Below, piece after piece: positions 11,256 through 21,078 of a DNA stretch of 41,733 nt (positions are counted from its first letter, which is position 1; each line of letters begins with the position of its first letter). Position numbers and translations under genes: made by a program. The stretch is taken from contig CAKRMZ010000009.1 in assembly GCA_934365155.1 (NCBI GenBank), positions 1 through 41,733 of the forward strand, read 5' to 3'. The notes below the pieces were generated by a model that saw only the letters and a list, made by a program, of their open reading frames with translations, made no database searches and had not been told where the DNA came from. This stretch comes from an uncultured Eubacteriales bacterium (GTDB taxonomy: Bacteria; Bacillota; Clostridia; Oscillospirales; CAG-272).

Positions 11256-11699
11256 ATGAAGCTCCATGAACTTTCACCTGTTGCAGGTTCAATAACTCCG
11301 GCTTTCCGCAAGGGCAGAGGACATGGTTCCGGAAACGGCAAAACTGCCGGAAAAGGACATAAGGGTCAAAATGCGCGGTCTGGCGGCGGAGTAAAACCCG
11401 GATTTGAGGGCGGTCAGATTCCGCTTTACAGAAGACTTCCCAAAAGAGGGTTTAATAATAAGCGTTTTGCTGTTAATTATGCAATTATCAATGTGAGCGC
11501 GTTGAACAATTTCGAAGACGGTGCGACGGTTGATATGAATTCTTTGCTCAACAGCGGAGCAATCCATGACTGCAAAGACGGTTTGAAGATACTTGGTAAT
11601 GGCGAAATTACGAAAAAGCTCACAGTAAAAGCTTCGATTTTTTCCCAGGCTGCAAAAGAGAAAATTGAAGCAGCTGGCGGAAAATGCGAGGTGATCTGA
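11256..11699 (+). CDS. rplO: 50S ribosomal protein L15
   Basis: [38 protein letters not shown]... matches L15. Confidence 0.96.
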   Translation: MKLHELSPVAGSITPAFRKGRGHGSGNGKTAGKGHKGQNARSGGGVKPGFEGGQIPLYRRLPKRGFNNKRFAVNYAIINVSALNNFEDGATVDMNSLLNSGAIHDCKDGLKILGNGEITKKLTVKASIFSQAAKEKIEAAGGKCEVI

Positions 11700-11700
11700 A

Positions 11701-13020
11701 TTGTTACAGTCACTTAGAAACGCTTGGAGAACTCCGGAACTCAGAAAAAAGATACTGTTCACATTGCTGATCATTCTTTTGTACCGTTTCGGTGCTTCCG
11801 TTCCCGTGCCGTATATCAGTTCAGGTGTTATGCAGACCTTTGCAAATTCTGCAGATGGGTCTTTGTTCCAGTACATGAACCTTCTTTCCGGTGATGCATT
11901 TTCAAAGGCAACGCTGTTTGCTTTGTCAGTATCGCCGTACATCACAGCATCCATCGTAATTCAGCTTTTGACAATCGCAATTCCTGCTTTGGAACGCCTT
12001 TCCAAAGAGGGCGAAGAAGGAACCAAAAAAATTACCGCAATTACCCGTTATGTGACGGTTGTACTTGCGTTGATTACCAGTTTCGGTTATTATATGCTGA
12101 TGAGAAACTCCGGGATGCTTACCAATACCGGATGGTTTCCTGCTGTTGTCATTATAGCTTCCTACTGTGCCGGTGCTGCCTTGGTTATGTGGCTGGCAGA
12201 AAAAATCAATGAAAGCGGTATCGGAAACGGCATATCGATTATTCTGTTTGCGAATATCGTCTCTTCGGCTCCGTCTATTCTGTCTTCGCTGTATGAAAAG
12301 ATTATTGTCAGAAGCGAAGATACAAACCAGGTAACCGGGATCAGTCCTTGGGGAATCGTTGTTGCTGTTGCGGCAGTATTGATTGGTATAGCTGTGGTCG
12401 GATTTGTTATTTTCATGACAGATGCCGAGAGAAGAATCCCTGTACAATATGCGAAGAAGGTTGTCGGCCGTAAAATGTACGGCGGACAAAATACCAATCT
12501 TCCGATTAAGGTAAATATGTCCGGAGTTATGCCGATTATTTTTGCAAACTCCATTGTTGCAATTCCTTCTACGATTGCATTCTTCTTCCCCACTCCGGAG
12601 GCCGGTTCTTTCTGGTATCATGTGCAGAAATTTTTCTCATATGAATCTTGGTTTTATATCGCAGTGTTTGCTGTTTTGATCGTTTTGTTTTCATATTTCT
12701 ATATTGCAATTTCATTTAATCCCGTTGAAGTGGCCAATAACCTGAAAAAGAACGGTGGGTTTGTTCCCGGCATTCGTCCCGGCAAACCGACTGCCGATTA
12801 CATCAAGAAGATTTTGAATAAAATTACGTTAATCGGTGCGCTGTTCTTAGGCGTAATTGCAGTATGCCCGCTGATTCTCAATCAAATATCCGGCAATCAG
12901 TTCACACGTATCGCGTTCAGCGGTTCATCGTTATTGATTGTGGTCGGTGTTGTTTTAGAGACAGTACGTGAACTGGAATCACAGCTTACGATGCGGCATT
13001 ATAAAGGATTCCTTGAATAA
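11701..13020 (+). CDS. secY: Preprotein translocase subunit SecY (TTG start, 2 nt after the rplO stop)
   Basis: ..RKKILFTLLIILLYRFGASVPVPYI.. is the SecY N-terminus, and the protein has 10 TM segments. The RBS gaggtga lies 6 nt upstream. Confidence 0.95.
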   Translation: MLQSLRNAWRTPELRKKILFTLLIILLYRFGASVPVPYISSGVMQTFANSADGSLFQYMNLLSGDAFSKATLFALSVSPYITASIVIQLLTIAIPALERLSKEGEEGTKKITAITRYVTVVLALITSFGYYMLMRNSGMLTNTGWFPAVVIIASYCAGAALVMWLAEKINESGIGNGISIILFANIVSSAPSILSSLYEKIIVRSEDTNQVTGISPWGIVVAVAAVLIGIAVVGFVIFMTDAERRIPVQYAKKVVGRKMYGGQNTNLPIKVNMSGVMPIIFANSIVAIPSTIAFFFPTPEAGSFWYHVQKFFSYESWFYIAVFAVLIVLFSYFYIAISFNPVEVANNLKKNGGFVPGIRPGKPTADYIKKILNKITLIGALFLGVIAVCPLILNQISGNQFTRIAFSGSSLLIVVGVVLETVRELESQLTMRHYKGFLE

Positions 13021-13041
13021 GGTTTTGCTTTTGGAGATTTT

Positions 13042-13689
13042 ATGAAAATAATATTTCTCGGACCTCCCGGCGCCGGAAAAGGTACCCAGTCAGCAATTAT
13101 CAGTAAAAAATACAAGATACCGACAATTTCTACCGGTGATATTATTCGAAATGAAATTCGTGCTCACAGCGAGCTTGGAGTTGCAGCCGAAACCTTTATC
13201 AAAAAAGGGGAGCTTGTTCCGGATGATGTCGTTATCGGCATCATTCGGGAACGGTTGACAAAAGACGATTGCAAAAACGGGTTTATTTTGGATGGATTTC
13301 CCCGAACGGTAACTCAGGCAGAAGCACTGATCCATATGAATGTTCCGATTGATCTTGTTTTGGATCTTCAGATTTGTGATGAGGCGATTATTGAACGGAT
13401 GAGCGGCAGGCTTTACTGTTCCCACTGCGGAGCAACGTATCACCGCTTATATCATCCGCCGCTTCATTCGATGCTTTGTGATCAATGCCACAATGCGCTG
13501 AGCGTTCGTGATGATGACCAACCGCAGGTGGTCAGAGATCGTCTGCGTGTTTATCATAATCAGACAAAACCGTTAGAGAAATTTTATTCGGATATCGGTA
13601 AGTTATTCATTATTCATGCAGATAAGAAGATTGATGAAATTACCGATGAAATTATGTGTGTTCTTGATAAAGTTGAGTTTGGTAAATAA
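13042..13689 (+). CDS. adk: Adenylate kinase with a C4 zinc LID
   Basis: MKIIFLGPPGAGKGTQS... carries a P-loop. The LID reads CSHCG...CDQCH. Confidence 0.95.
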   Translation: MKIIFLGPPGAGKGTQSAIISKKYKIPTISTGDIIRNEIRAHSELGVAAETFIKKGELVPDDVVIGIIRERLTKDDCKNGFILDGFPRTVTQAEALIHMNVPIDLVLDLQICDEAIIERMSGRLYCSHCGATYHRLYHPPLHSMLCDQCHNALSVRDDDQPQVVRDRLRVYHNQTKPLEKFYSDIGKLFIIHADKKIDEITDEIMCVLDKVEFGK

Positions 13690-13691
13690 TT

Positions 13692-14444
13692 ATGATACAG
13701 TTGAAAAACAAAGAGCAAATTGAAGCAATGAAAATTGCAGGGCGTATTACCGGTGAAGCTTTGCTCAAAGGTGCTGAAATGGTGCGTGAAGGCGTTACCA
13801 CAAAGCAAATTGACAATGCGGTCCGCACCTATATTGAAAAGTGCGGCGCGCGTCCATCGTTTTTAGGCTATGGAGGCTTTCCCGGGAGCGCATGTATCAG
13901 CGTGAACAATGAGATCATTCACGGCATTCCTTCCGATCGTCGGTTTTTATCGGAAGGCGATATTGTCAAAATAGACGTAGGCGCTTTTTATCACGGATTT
14001 CACGGCGACAGTGCGAATACCTTTGCCGTTGGTAATATTTCCGATGAGGCAAAACGTTTAATTGACGTAACCCGTGAAAGTTTTTATCGCGGAATTGCAC
14101 AGATTCACCCGGAGGCACGTTTGGGTGATTTAGGACACGCAATTGAAGCGTATGCCCAAGAAAACGGTTTTTCGGTTGTCAGGGACTTCGTCGGTCACGG
14201 TGTCGGACATGAACTGCATGAATCTCCGGATGTTCCGAATTTCGGGACCCCGGGACGCGGTAGCCGCATTTATAACGGAATGACTTTTGCCGTGGAACCG
14301 ATGGTAAACTGCGGAACTGCAAAAGTGCGGGTGCTGGATGATGAATGGACGGTTGTGACAGCGGACGGCAGTCTTTCTGCCCATTATGAACATACTATCG
14401 CGGTAACAGAGGAGGGCATCCTCCTACTGACAAAAGTAGACTGA
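13692..14444 (+). CDS. map: Type I methionine aminopeptidase
   Basis: MIQLKNKEQIEAMKIAGRITGEAL... shows the metal-ligand residues D..D..H..E..E in MetAP order. Confidence 0.95.
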   Translation: MIQLKNKEQIEAMKIAGRITGEALLKGAEMVREGVTTKQIDNAVRTYIEKCGARPSFLGYGGFPGSACISVNNEIIHGIPSDRRFLSEGDIVKIDVGAFYHGFHGDSANTFAVGNISDEAKRLIDVTRESFYRGIAQIHPEARLGDLGHAIEAYAQENGFSVVRDFVGHGVGHELHESPDVPNFGTPGRGSRIYNGMTFAVEPMVNCGTAKVRVLDDEWTVVTADGSLSAHYEHTIAVTEEGILLLTKVD

Positions 14445-14564
14445 TTGCATAGTTTTTAACAGAGTTTTATCGGTTTTATTTCATCGGTATGTATGGATAT
14501 GAAAATTTTGAAAAACTCTTCGTTTCAAAACTGGCAAGCTTTTGAATAAAAAGGAGGGATTATT

Positions 14565-14783
14565 CTGCCGAAGGATGACGTGATTGAATTTGAGGGAACC
14601 GTTGTGGAGGTTATGCCCAATGCGACTTTCAAAGTCAAGCTTTCAAACGATCATATTGTAACTGCTCGGATTTCGGGCAAGCTGCGTATGAATTACATTA
14701 AAATTTTACTGGGTGATAAAGTCACGGTTGAGGTTTCAATTTATGATCCGAGCAAGGGCCGCATTACCTGGAGAGCAAAATAA
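14565..14783 (+). CDS. infA: Translation initiation factor IF-1; start codon ambiguous (CTG at 14565 or GTG at 14580)
   Basis: ..[71 protein letters not shown] is an S1-like IF-1. The strong SD aaggaggg at 14551-14558 is 6 nt from the CTG. The ORF track's GTG at 14580 would drop the conserved KDDV N-terminus. Confidence 0.85.
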   Translation: MPKDDVIEFEGTVVEVMPNATFKVKLSNDHIVTARISGKLRMNYIKILLGDKVTVEVSIYDPSKGRITWRAK

Positions 14784-14813
14784 AAATAAACTGATGGAAA
14801 GGATGGGCACAAA

Positions 14814-14927
14814 ATGAAAGTAAAACCTTCCGTTAAAAAAATTTGCGACAAGTGCAAAATTATTAAAAGAAAAGGCCATGTGATGGTGATTTGCGAAAAT
14901 CCGAAGCACAAACAGAAACAAGGTTGA
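14814..14927 (+). CDS. rpmJ: 50S ribosomal protein L36 (37 aa, not in the ORF track because it is under 60 aa)
   Basis: Manual translation gives [37 protein letters not shown] with the C-x2-C...C-x4-H zinc ribbon. The RBS ggaaaggatggg lies upstream. Confidence 0.92.
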   Translation: MKVKPSVKKICDKCKIIKRKGHVMVICENPKHKQKQG

Positions 14928-14960
14928 TTTTTACTTTAAAAAAAGAGGTGAACAAATTAA

Positions 14961-15329
14961 ATGGCTCGTATTGCTGGTGTAGATATTCCGAACGCGAAAC
15001 GTGTTGAAATCGGACTGACCTATATTTACGGTATCGGTCGCAAAAGCTCCAATGATATTTTAGCAAAAACCGGCATCAATCCGGACACGCGCGTGAAAGA
15101 CCTGACGGAAGATGAGGTTGCCAAACTCCGTGACGAAATCGAAAACTCTTACAAAGTTGAGGGTGATTTGCGTCGTGATGTGGCACTCGATATTAAACGT
15201 ATGGTTGAAATCGGTTGTTATCGTGGCATTCGTCACAGAAAAGGTCTGCCGGTTCGTGGGCAGAGAACCAAAACCAATGCAAGAACACGCAAGGGTCCCG
15301 CAAAGACCATTGCAAATAAGAAGAAGTAA
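14961..15329 (+). CDS. rpsM: 30S ribosomal protein S13
   Basis: [26 protein letters not shown]... matches S13. Confidence 0.96.
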   Translation: MARIAGVDIPNAKRVEIGLTYIYGIGRKSSNDILAKTGINPDTRVKDLTEDEVAKLRDEIENSYKVEGDLRRDVALDIKRMVEIGCYRGIRHRKGLPVRGQRTKTNARTRKGPAKTIANKKK

Positions 15330-15346
15330 AGGAGTGACATGAAGAA

Positions 15347-15739
15347 ATGGCAGTAGCAAAAAAGACCGTCAGAAGACGCCGTGAGCGCAAAAATGTTGAG
15401 CGTGGCGCAGCGCATATCCGTGCAAGCTTCAACAACACCATTATCACTATTACTGATACAGCCGGAAATGCAATTTCTTGGGCATCTGCCGGAGAGCTTG
15501 GCTTTAAAGGTTCCAGAAAGTCTACTCCCTTTGCTGCTCAGACTGCTGCAGAAACCGCAGGTAAGCTTGCTGTAGACCAGGGAATGAAAACTGTTGAAGT
15601 TTATGTTAAGGGTCCCGGTTCCGGACGTGAAGCTGCAATTCGTGCTTTGCAGGCTGTGGGACTGGATATCAGCTTGATAAAAGACGTGACCCCGATTCCG
15701 CATAACGGATGCAGACCGCCGAAGAGAAGACGCGTTTAA
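15347..15739 (+). CDS. rpsK: 30S ribosomal protein S11
   Basis: ..[30 protein letters not shown].. matches S11. Confidence 0.96.
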   Translation: MAVAKKTVRRRRERKNVERGAAHIRASFNNTIITITDTAGNAISWASAGELGFKGSRKSTPFAAQTAAETAGKLAVDQGMKTVEVYVKGPGSGREAAIRALQAVGLDISLIKDVTPIPHNGCRPPKRRRV

Positions 15740-15763
15740 TCAGAATTAAGGAGGTGTAATAAA

Positions 15764-16390
15764 ATGTCAAGATATACAGGACCTGCGTGCAGACTTTGCC
15801 GCAGAGAAGGTACAAAGCTCTTTTTAAAGGGCGAACGTTGCTTAACCAACAAATGTGCAGTTGATCGTCGAGCATCTGCTCCCGGCCAGCATGGAAGCGC
15901 AAGAAAAAAAGTAGAAGAATACGGATTGCAGCTTCGTGAGAAGCAGAAAGCAAAAAGATATTACGGTGTTCCCGAAAAGCAGTTTGCTACGTATTTTAAG
16001 AAAGCAGATGCTGTGGAAGGAATGACCGGTGAAAATCTTCTTTCTCTTCTTGAGCGTCGTTTTGACAACGCTGTTTACAAAATGGGTATGGCAAGCAGCC
16101 GCAAAGAGGCTCGTCAGTTTATTGGACACGGTCATTTCCTGCTTAACGGCAAAAAGGCTACCATCCCGTCTATTATTTTAAAAACAGGCGATGTGATTAC
16201 TGTTCGTGAAAAAACTCGTTCTATGCCGAAATTTAAAGAAATGATTGAAACCCTTTCGAGCGTCAACGCTCCGAAGTGGATGGATCTCGATAAAAATAAT
16301 GCTGTTGCTAAAATTGTTGCAGTTCCCGGCAGAGAAGATGTTGATTTCCCGTTCGAAGAACATCTGATTGTCGAGTTGTACTCGAAATAA
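15764..16390 (+). CDS. rpsD: 30S ribosomal protein S4
   Basis: MSRYTGPACRLCRREGTKLFLKGERCLTNKCA... shows the S4 zinc knuckle and S4 domain. Confidence 0.96.
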   Translation: MSRYTGPACRLCRREGTKLFLKGERCLTNKCAVDRRASAPGQHGSARKKVEEYGLQLREKQKAKRYYGVPEKQFATYFKKADAVEGMTGENLLSLLERRFDNAVYKMGMASSRKEARQFIGHGHFLLNGKKATIPSIILKTGDVITVREKTRSMPKFKEMIETLSSVNAPKWMDLDKNNAVAKIVAVPGREDVDFPFEEHLIVELYSK

Positions 16391-16485
16391 TAGATGCCTC
16401 CGCATAGAGTATCACCGGCTGGCAGAGATGTCTGTGCTTTTGATATTCGGAATTATTTACTATAATAAATTAGGAGGAAACAATC

Positions 16486-17436
16486 ATGATAGAAATTGAA
16501 AAGCCCAATATTACCACGATTAATTTAAGTGATGACGGAACATCCGGTACTTTTGTAGTTGAACCTTTGGAGCGCGGATATGGCACTACTCTCGGCAATT
16601 CGCTCAGACGCGTATTGCTCAGTTCTTTGCCCGGTGTAGCGGTTGTCAGCATCAAGATTGATGGCGTGCTTCATGAAATTTCAACGATTCCGGGTGTGAA
16701 AGAGGACGTTTGTGAAATCGTTCTGAATGTAAAAGGTATTATTGCAAAGCTTCATTCGAATGCTCCGAAAACCGTTGCTATTGATATAATAGGACCATGC
16801 AATGTTTGTGCCGGGGATATTAAAGCAGATGCTGATATCGAAGTTTTAAATCCTGCACATCATATTGCTACAGTGGACGAGGATGTTCGTTTCTATATGG
16901 AATTGACTTTCGATCATGGTCGTGGTTATGTTTCGCAGGAAAAGAACAAACAATCACACCCGTCGCAGATTGGTTTGATTTATATCGATTCAATCTACAC
17001 GCCTGTTTATAATGTAAACTTCAATGTGGAAAATACGCGTGTCGGCAATATTACCGATTATGACAAATTAACGCTTGAAGTACTTACAAACGGAACTATT
17101 TCTGCTAAAGAAGCAATTTCTCTTGGAGCCAAGATACTCAACGAACATCTCAACCTCTTTGTTGACCTTTCGGACGATGCAAAGAGAGCAGAGATTATGG
17201 TGGAGAGAGAAGAAACCATCAAAGAAAAAGTCCTTGAGATGACCATTGAGGAGCTTGACATGTCGGTTCGTAGCTTTAACTGTTTAAAGCGTGCCGGCAT
17301 TGATACAGTTGAAGATCTGACGAGTAAAACGGAAGAGGATATGATTAAAGTTCGTAACCTCGGTAAGAAATCACTCGAAGAGGTCATCCAGAAGTTGCAT
17401 TCTCTTGGCCTTGATTTAAAGAAAGACGATGAATAA
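16486..17436 (+). CDS. rpoA: DNA-directed RNA polymerase alpha subunit
   Basis: [50 protein letters not shown]... matches RpoA and includes the alpha-CTD. Confidence 0.96.
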   Translation: MIEIEKPNITTINLSDDGTSGTFVVEPLERGYGTTLGNSLRRVLLSSLPGVAVVSIKIDGVLHEISTIPGVKEDVCEIVLNVKGIIAKLHSNAPKTVAIDIIGPCNVCAGDIKADADIEVLNPAHHIATVDEDVRFYMELTFDHGRGYVSQEKNKQSHPSQIGLIYIDSIYTPVYNVNFNVENTRVGNITDYDKLTLEVLTNGTISAKEAISLGAKILNEHLNLFVDLSDDAKRAEIMVEREETIKEKVLEMTIEELDMSVRSFNCLKRAGIDTVEDLTSKTEEDMIKVRNLGKKSLEEVIQKLHSLGLDLKKDDE

Positions 17437-17481
17437 TGACTGTCGTTTATGCGAATAACCGACAAAGGAGGGAAATGAATC

Positions 17482-17844
17482 ATGGGAACCAGAAAACTTG
17501 GAAGACCCACTGCTCACCGAAAAGCAATGCTGCGCGGAATGGTAACCTATCTCTTAGAGAACGGTTCGATTGAAACTACACTCACCCGAGCAAAAGAAGT
17601 AAAAAGTATTGCTGAAAAAATGATTACCTTAGGTAAAAAGAATACATTGGCTGCAAAACGCATGGCAATGGAAGTAATTACAAAAGAGAGTGTTGTAAAA
17701 AAGGTGTTTGACGAAATCGCACCGGCCTATGCCGATGTGAATGGTGGTTATACACAGATTTACAAACTCGGCCCCCGTCGCGGTGACGGAGCTGAGATGG
17801 CTTTAATCCGTTTGGTCGATACCAAAGCGGAAGCGTCAAAATAA
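17482..17844 (+). CDS. rplQ: 50S ribosomal protein L17
   Basis: [33 protein letters not shown]... matches L17. Confidence 0.95.
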   Translation: MGTRKLGRPTAHRKAMLRGMVTYLLENGSIETTLTRAKEVKSIAEKMITLGKKNTLAAKRMAMEVITKESVVKKVFDEIAPAYADVNGGYTQIYKLGPRRGDGAEMALIRLVDTKAEASK

Positions 17845-17845
17845 A

Positions 17846-17912
17846 ATTTTGATCTTTCTTAGATCAAAAGAAGAGGCACAACTCATTTATGAGTTGTGCC
17901 TCTTTTACTGCT
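17846..17912. terminator. Bidirectional intrinsic terminator (two adjacent hairpins) between convergent rplQ and galE
   Basis: Hairpin ttgatctttcttagatcaa is followed by hairpin agaggcacaactcatttatgagttgtgcctct, and both strands have T/A-rich flanks. Confidence 0.7.
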
Positions 17913-17921
17913 TTAAATGTT

Positions 17922-18938
17922 TTACGGTTCACGGTAACCGTTCGGATTGTTTTTCTGCCAGCGCCAAGAATCTTCACACATTTGCTGAATATTAAATTCC
18001 GCACGGAATCCAAGCTCGGCGGCTGCCTTAGAAGGATCGGCGCAAAGAATCGGTACATCCCCGGGACGGCGGCCGACGATTTTTTTCGGAATTTCCTGCC
18101 CGGAAGCCTTTTCAAAGGCTGCAACCATTTCTAAAACACTGGTGGCTTTGCCGGTCCCGATATTATATGCTACTACGCCGGGGCACTCTGTTAATTTTTT
18201 CAGAGCTAAAAGATGAGCGCGGGCAAGATCAACGACATGAATATAGTCACGCATTCCCGTGCCGTCCGGTGTCGGATAATCATTGCCATAAACGGAAAGG
18301 CAGGAGAGCTTGCCGATCGCTACTTGCGTAATATACGGCATCAGGTTGTTCGGAATATCGCGGGGATCCTCGCCGATTTGTCCGCTCGGATGTGCGCCGA
18401 TGGGATTGAAGTAACGCAACAGAGCGATGTTCCATCCTGAATCGGAACGGTAGACGTCACGAAGTATTTCTTCGATGAACAGTTTAGTGCGTGCGTAGGG
18501 ATTGGTGCAAAACAGCGGAAAATCCTCGGTTATCGGCATTTTTTCGGGTTCGCCGTAAACGGTTGCAGTAGAGCTGAAAACAATGTTTTTTACATTGTGG
18601 CGTTGCATGGCGTCGATGAGACTGACAGCACCGCCGATGTTGTTATGATAATATTTCAGCGGCATTTTCACGCTTTCGCCGACTGCCTTATATCCTGCAA
18701 AATGAATGACGGAATCAATGTGGTTTTCATTGAAGATGCGATCCAAAGCTGCACCGTCCAGTACGTCGTTCAAATAAAATTTCACCTTTTTTTCGGTGAT
18801 TTCTTCTACCCGTTTGAGAGCTATTTCAGAGCTGTTATAAAGATTATCAACGACGATGACCTCATATCCGCTTTTTAAAAGTTCAATAACCGTATGACTG
18901 CCGATATATCCGGCACCGCCTGTCACTAAAATACTCAT
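17922..18938 (-). CDS. galE: UDP-glucose 4-epimerase
   Basis: MSILVTGGAGYIGSHTV... shows the Rossmann fold, the YxxxK motif and typical GalE length. The start was chosen at the ATG after the aagagga RBS, whereas the ORF track starts at the upstream TTG at 18956. Confidence 0.9.
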   Translation of the reverse strand: MSILVTGGAGYIGSHTVIELLKSGYEVIVVDNLYNSSEIALKRVEEITEKKVKFYLNDVLDGAALDRIFNENHIDSVIHFAGYKAVGESVKMPLKYYHNNIGGAVSLIDAMQRHNVKNIVFSSTATVYGEPEKMPITEDFPLFCTNPYARTKLFIEEILRDVYRSDSGWNIALLRYFNPIGAHPSGQIGEDPRDIPNNLMPYITQVAIGKLSCLSVYGNDYPTPDGTGMRDYIHVVDLARAHLLALKKLTECPGVVAYNIGTGKATSVLEMVAAFEKASGQEIPKKIVGRRPGDVPILCADPSKAAAELGFRAEFNIQQMCEDSWRWQKNNPNGYREP

Positions 18939-19191
18939 AAAAAATCCTCTTGTCAATCTTTTTTCTAAGACAATTATAACATATTTCCTGTGATTGTAAA
19001 TAAAATTTTCGTAAAAAAATAAAGAAATGCTTTTGATTCATTGCAAAATGAAATCGAATTTTCGAAAGGCTGTCGGATTCATTCTTGGTCTCATAGGAAT
19101 TTTCACTGATGGAGCCGAATGTTCTGTTTTGAAGTCCTGATTTGATATTGTTGTTTCAAAAAACGTTTTTCTAATTTTTTGGATTTTTGTG

Positions 19192-19220
19192 TTGCAAAAC
19201 CCGATGGAATATGCTATAAT
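19192..19220 (+). promoter_or_regulatory. Consensus sigma-A promoter (TTGCAA, 17 nt, TATAAT) driving tRNA-Trp
   Basis: ttgcaa at 19192-19197, a 17-nt spacer, then tataat at 19215-19220, which lies 16 nt before the tRNA 5' end. Confidence 0.6.
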
Positions 19221-19236
19221 AAAAAACGTTGATTAT

Positions 19237-19312
19237 AGGGGTATAGCTCAGCAGGTAGAGCAGCGGTCTCCAAAACCGCGTGTCGTGGGTTCGATTCCTA
19301 CTGCCCCTGCCA
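19237..19312 (+). tRNA. trnW: tRNA-Trp (anticodon CCA), with 3' CCA encoded
   Basis: Manual cloverleaf fold: acceptor aggggta/tgcccct (one G-U pair), D-arm gctc..gagc, anticodon arm gcggt-ctCCAaa-accgc, T-arm gtggg-ttcgatt-cctac, discriminator G, then CCA. Confidence 0.85.
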
Positions 19313-19318
19313 AAATAA

Positions 19319-19365
19319 AAAGTCGGCATTTTCGATGATTTCGAAGATGCCGACTTTTCTTTTGA
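19319..19365 (+). terminator. Intrinsic terminator after tRNA-Trp
   Basis: Stem agtcggcat...atgccgact is followed by ttttctttt. Confidence 0.75.
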
Positions 19366-19479
19366 ATTATTCTATGTTATGATGAATGATATCAACCCAT
19401 CGAAATTTATGCGCAAAATATATTGTTTGCGATTTGCTTATGCTGGAGGGCAGAGCAAACTATCCTAAGGAGGAAAAAG

Positions 19480-20025
19480 ATGATTGTTTTGATTGCCGGT
19501 GCTTCTCATACAGGAAAAACTTTGCTGGCACAAAAATTGCTGGAAAAATATAAATATCCGTATCTATCGATTGATCATCTGAAAATGGGACTGATCCGCA
19601 GTCAAAGCACGGAGCTTACCCCATTGAGCGGTGACACGGAATTAACCGAATATTTATGGCCCATCGTACGCGAGATTGTCAAGACAGCGATTGAAAACAA
19701 ACAAAATCTTATTGTTGAGGGCTGCTATATCCCTTTTGACTGGAAAAAGGATTTTTCGAGAGATTACCTTGAAAATATAAAATATTGTTGCCTTGTCATG
19801 AGTGAGAACTATATAAATCGGCATTTTAACGACATAAAACAATATGCAAGCGTGATTGAAAACCGACTGAATGAAGATTGCACTTTAAAAGATGTGTTGA
19901 AAGACAATGCGCGTACATTGGAGTTTGCACAAAAGAACGGAGTAGACTATTTTCTGATTGATGACGAATACAAGATAGATATTACCCTTGATTCGGAAAG
20001 CAAAGAGAACGGTGGTTGCTTGTAA
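19480..20025 (+). CDS. P-loop NTPase / small kinase-like protein of unknown function
   Basis: MIVLIAGASHTGKTLLAQKLL... carries a Walker A motif, and hhhhDDE-like Walker B candidates follow. The RBS aaggagg is 6 nt upstream of the ATG at 19480. The ORF track extends to a TTG at 19423. Confidence 0.55.
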   Translation: MIVLIAGASHTGKTLLAQKLLEKYKYPYLSIDHLKMGLIRSQSTELTPLSGDTELTEYLWPIVREIVKTAIENKQNLIVEGCYIPFDWKKDFSRDYLENIKYCCLVMSENYINRHFNDIKQYASVIENRLNEDCTLKDVLKDNARTLEFAQKNGVDYFLIDDEYKIDITLDSESKENGGCL

Positions 20026-20130
20026 GTTGTCTAAGAGTTGGGTATGGTCAAGGAAAAGCCTTGCTTAGTTTTAAAAAGCAAAGCGCGCTTGTCGTTTCAG
20101 TGATATTTTTGAGAGGGCGAGAATTAATTC

Positions 20131-20883
20131 TTATTTTTTGTCTAACTCAAAACAGGATGAGAAATTTTTGCAAAGCGGTTGAAATTCAAAGCTTCGATCA
20201 AGCTGTTTGGAGAAAAATTCAATGATCGATCCGTTTAGGATGGCCATGACAAGAGTGCCCCAGCTTAACGCTTCAAGTTTTCCGAAAAAGCAGAAGGTCA
20301 TAGCTGTACTTGCAAGCAAGCAGGAAATATCGAAAATTGTTTTGAAAACAGATAATTTGATACCATAGCGGAGAGAGACCGCTTTTACGAAGAAGTCATA
20401 AACCAGCGGGTATAGATATGTTTTGAAAAAAAGCGCAATCGAAAACGAAGATAGCAAAATACCGATGATAAACATTGAAATCCTGAGCCACAAAGTCATA
20501 GTGCCCGGAGGAGTTACGGATGTATTAAAGCAGGGAATCATCCGCCACAAGTCTAAAACCGCACCGTATATCAAACAAGTCACAAAGGACATCAAATACA
20601 CAGGCTTGAATTTTTTCAAAACGAGGCACAGTATGATAAATATTCCTGCCTGAATGATATATTCTGCTTGCCCGAACGTAATTACGCCCGCTTTCAAACT
20701 GAGCAGATAAGCGGGGGCAACAATCATGGAGATGCCGAAATCGGCCGAGGTCAGGATAGACACCGAGAGAGCCAGCAAGATAATTGCAAGAATATATGCA
20801 ATCTCCGACGGTATGCAGATTTTTTTCTTCGCCGTGTGCTCTGCGTTTGTTTGCTTTTTCTCAATGAATTGCCCCTGTGTCAT
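20131..20883 (-). CDS. Polytopic membrane protein of unknown function (possibly YczE-like)
   Basis: The 250-aa protein has ~6 hydrophobic segments (..ILAIILLALSVSILTSADFGISMIVAPAYLL..) and a ggagg RBS. Confidence 0.5.
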   Translation of the reverse strand: MTQGQFIEKKQTNAEHTAKKKICIPSEIAYILAIILLALSVSILTSADFGISMIVAPAYLLSLKAGVITFGQAEYIIQAGIFIILCLVLKKFKPVYLMSFVTCLIYGAVLDLWRMIPCFNTSVTPPGTMTLWLRISMFIIGILLSSFSIALFFKTYLYPLVYDFFVKAVSLRYGIKLSVFKTIFDISCLLASTAMTFCFFGKLEALSWGTLVMAILNGSIIEFFSKQLDRSFEFQPLCKNFSSCFELDKK

Positions 20884-20896
20884 GCTTGTTCCTCCA

Positions 20897-20931
20897 AAAA
20901 AATACCATACACCGAAACTCGGTGTATGGCG
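20897..20931 (-). terminator. Intrinsic terminator of the XAT/CAT-like operon on the minus strand
   Basis: Hairpin ccatacaccgaaactcggtgtatgg is followed, in the minus sense, by tattttttt, and sits immediately before the next gene's RBS. Confidence 0.6.
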
Positions 20932-21078
20932 AAAAATGAGTGTTTGATCTCAGAAAAATCCATACTGATTTTGTTTCTTTGTTATATCACATAAAACGTT
21001 AATTGTCAACATGGAAATTCAATATATAAATATGTAAACAGTATTTTTTTAGCATAATTTTATGCTTTGCTTTTTTCA

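Noticed and set aside
2497-16405. Numerous minus-strand and off-frame ORFs inside the ribosomal super-operon (for example 2497-3093, 4568-5074, 5903-6595, 7020-7562, 10531-11103, 11289-11954, 11926-12621)
   Set aside because: All are shadow ORFs of highly conserved r-protein and secY genes on the plus strand. They have no RBS and no recognisable domains.
18957-19191. 235-nt AT-rich region upstream of galE, considered as a possible sRNA or mobile-element remnant
   Set aside because: There are no inverted terminal repeats, no ORF and no recognisable RNA structure. It is most simply the galE promoter region plus the tRNA promoter.
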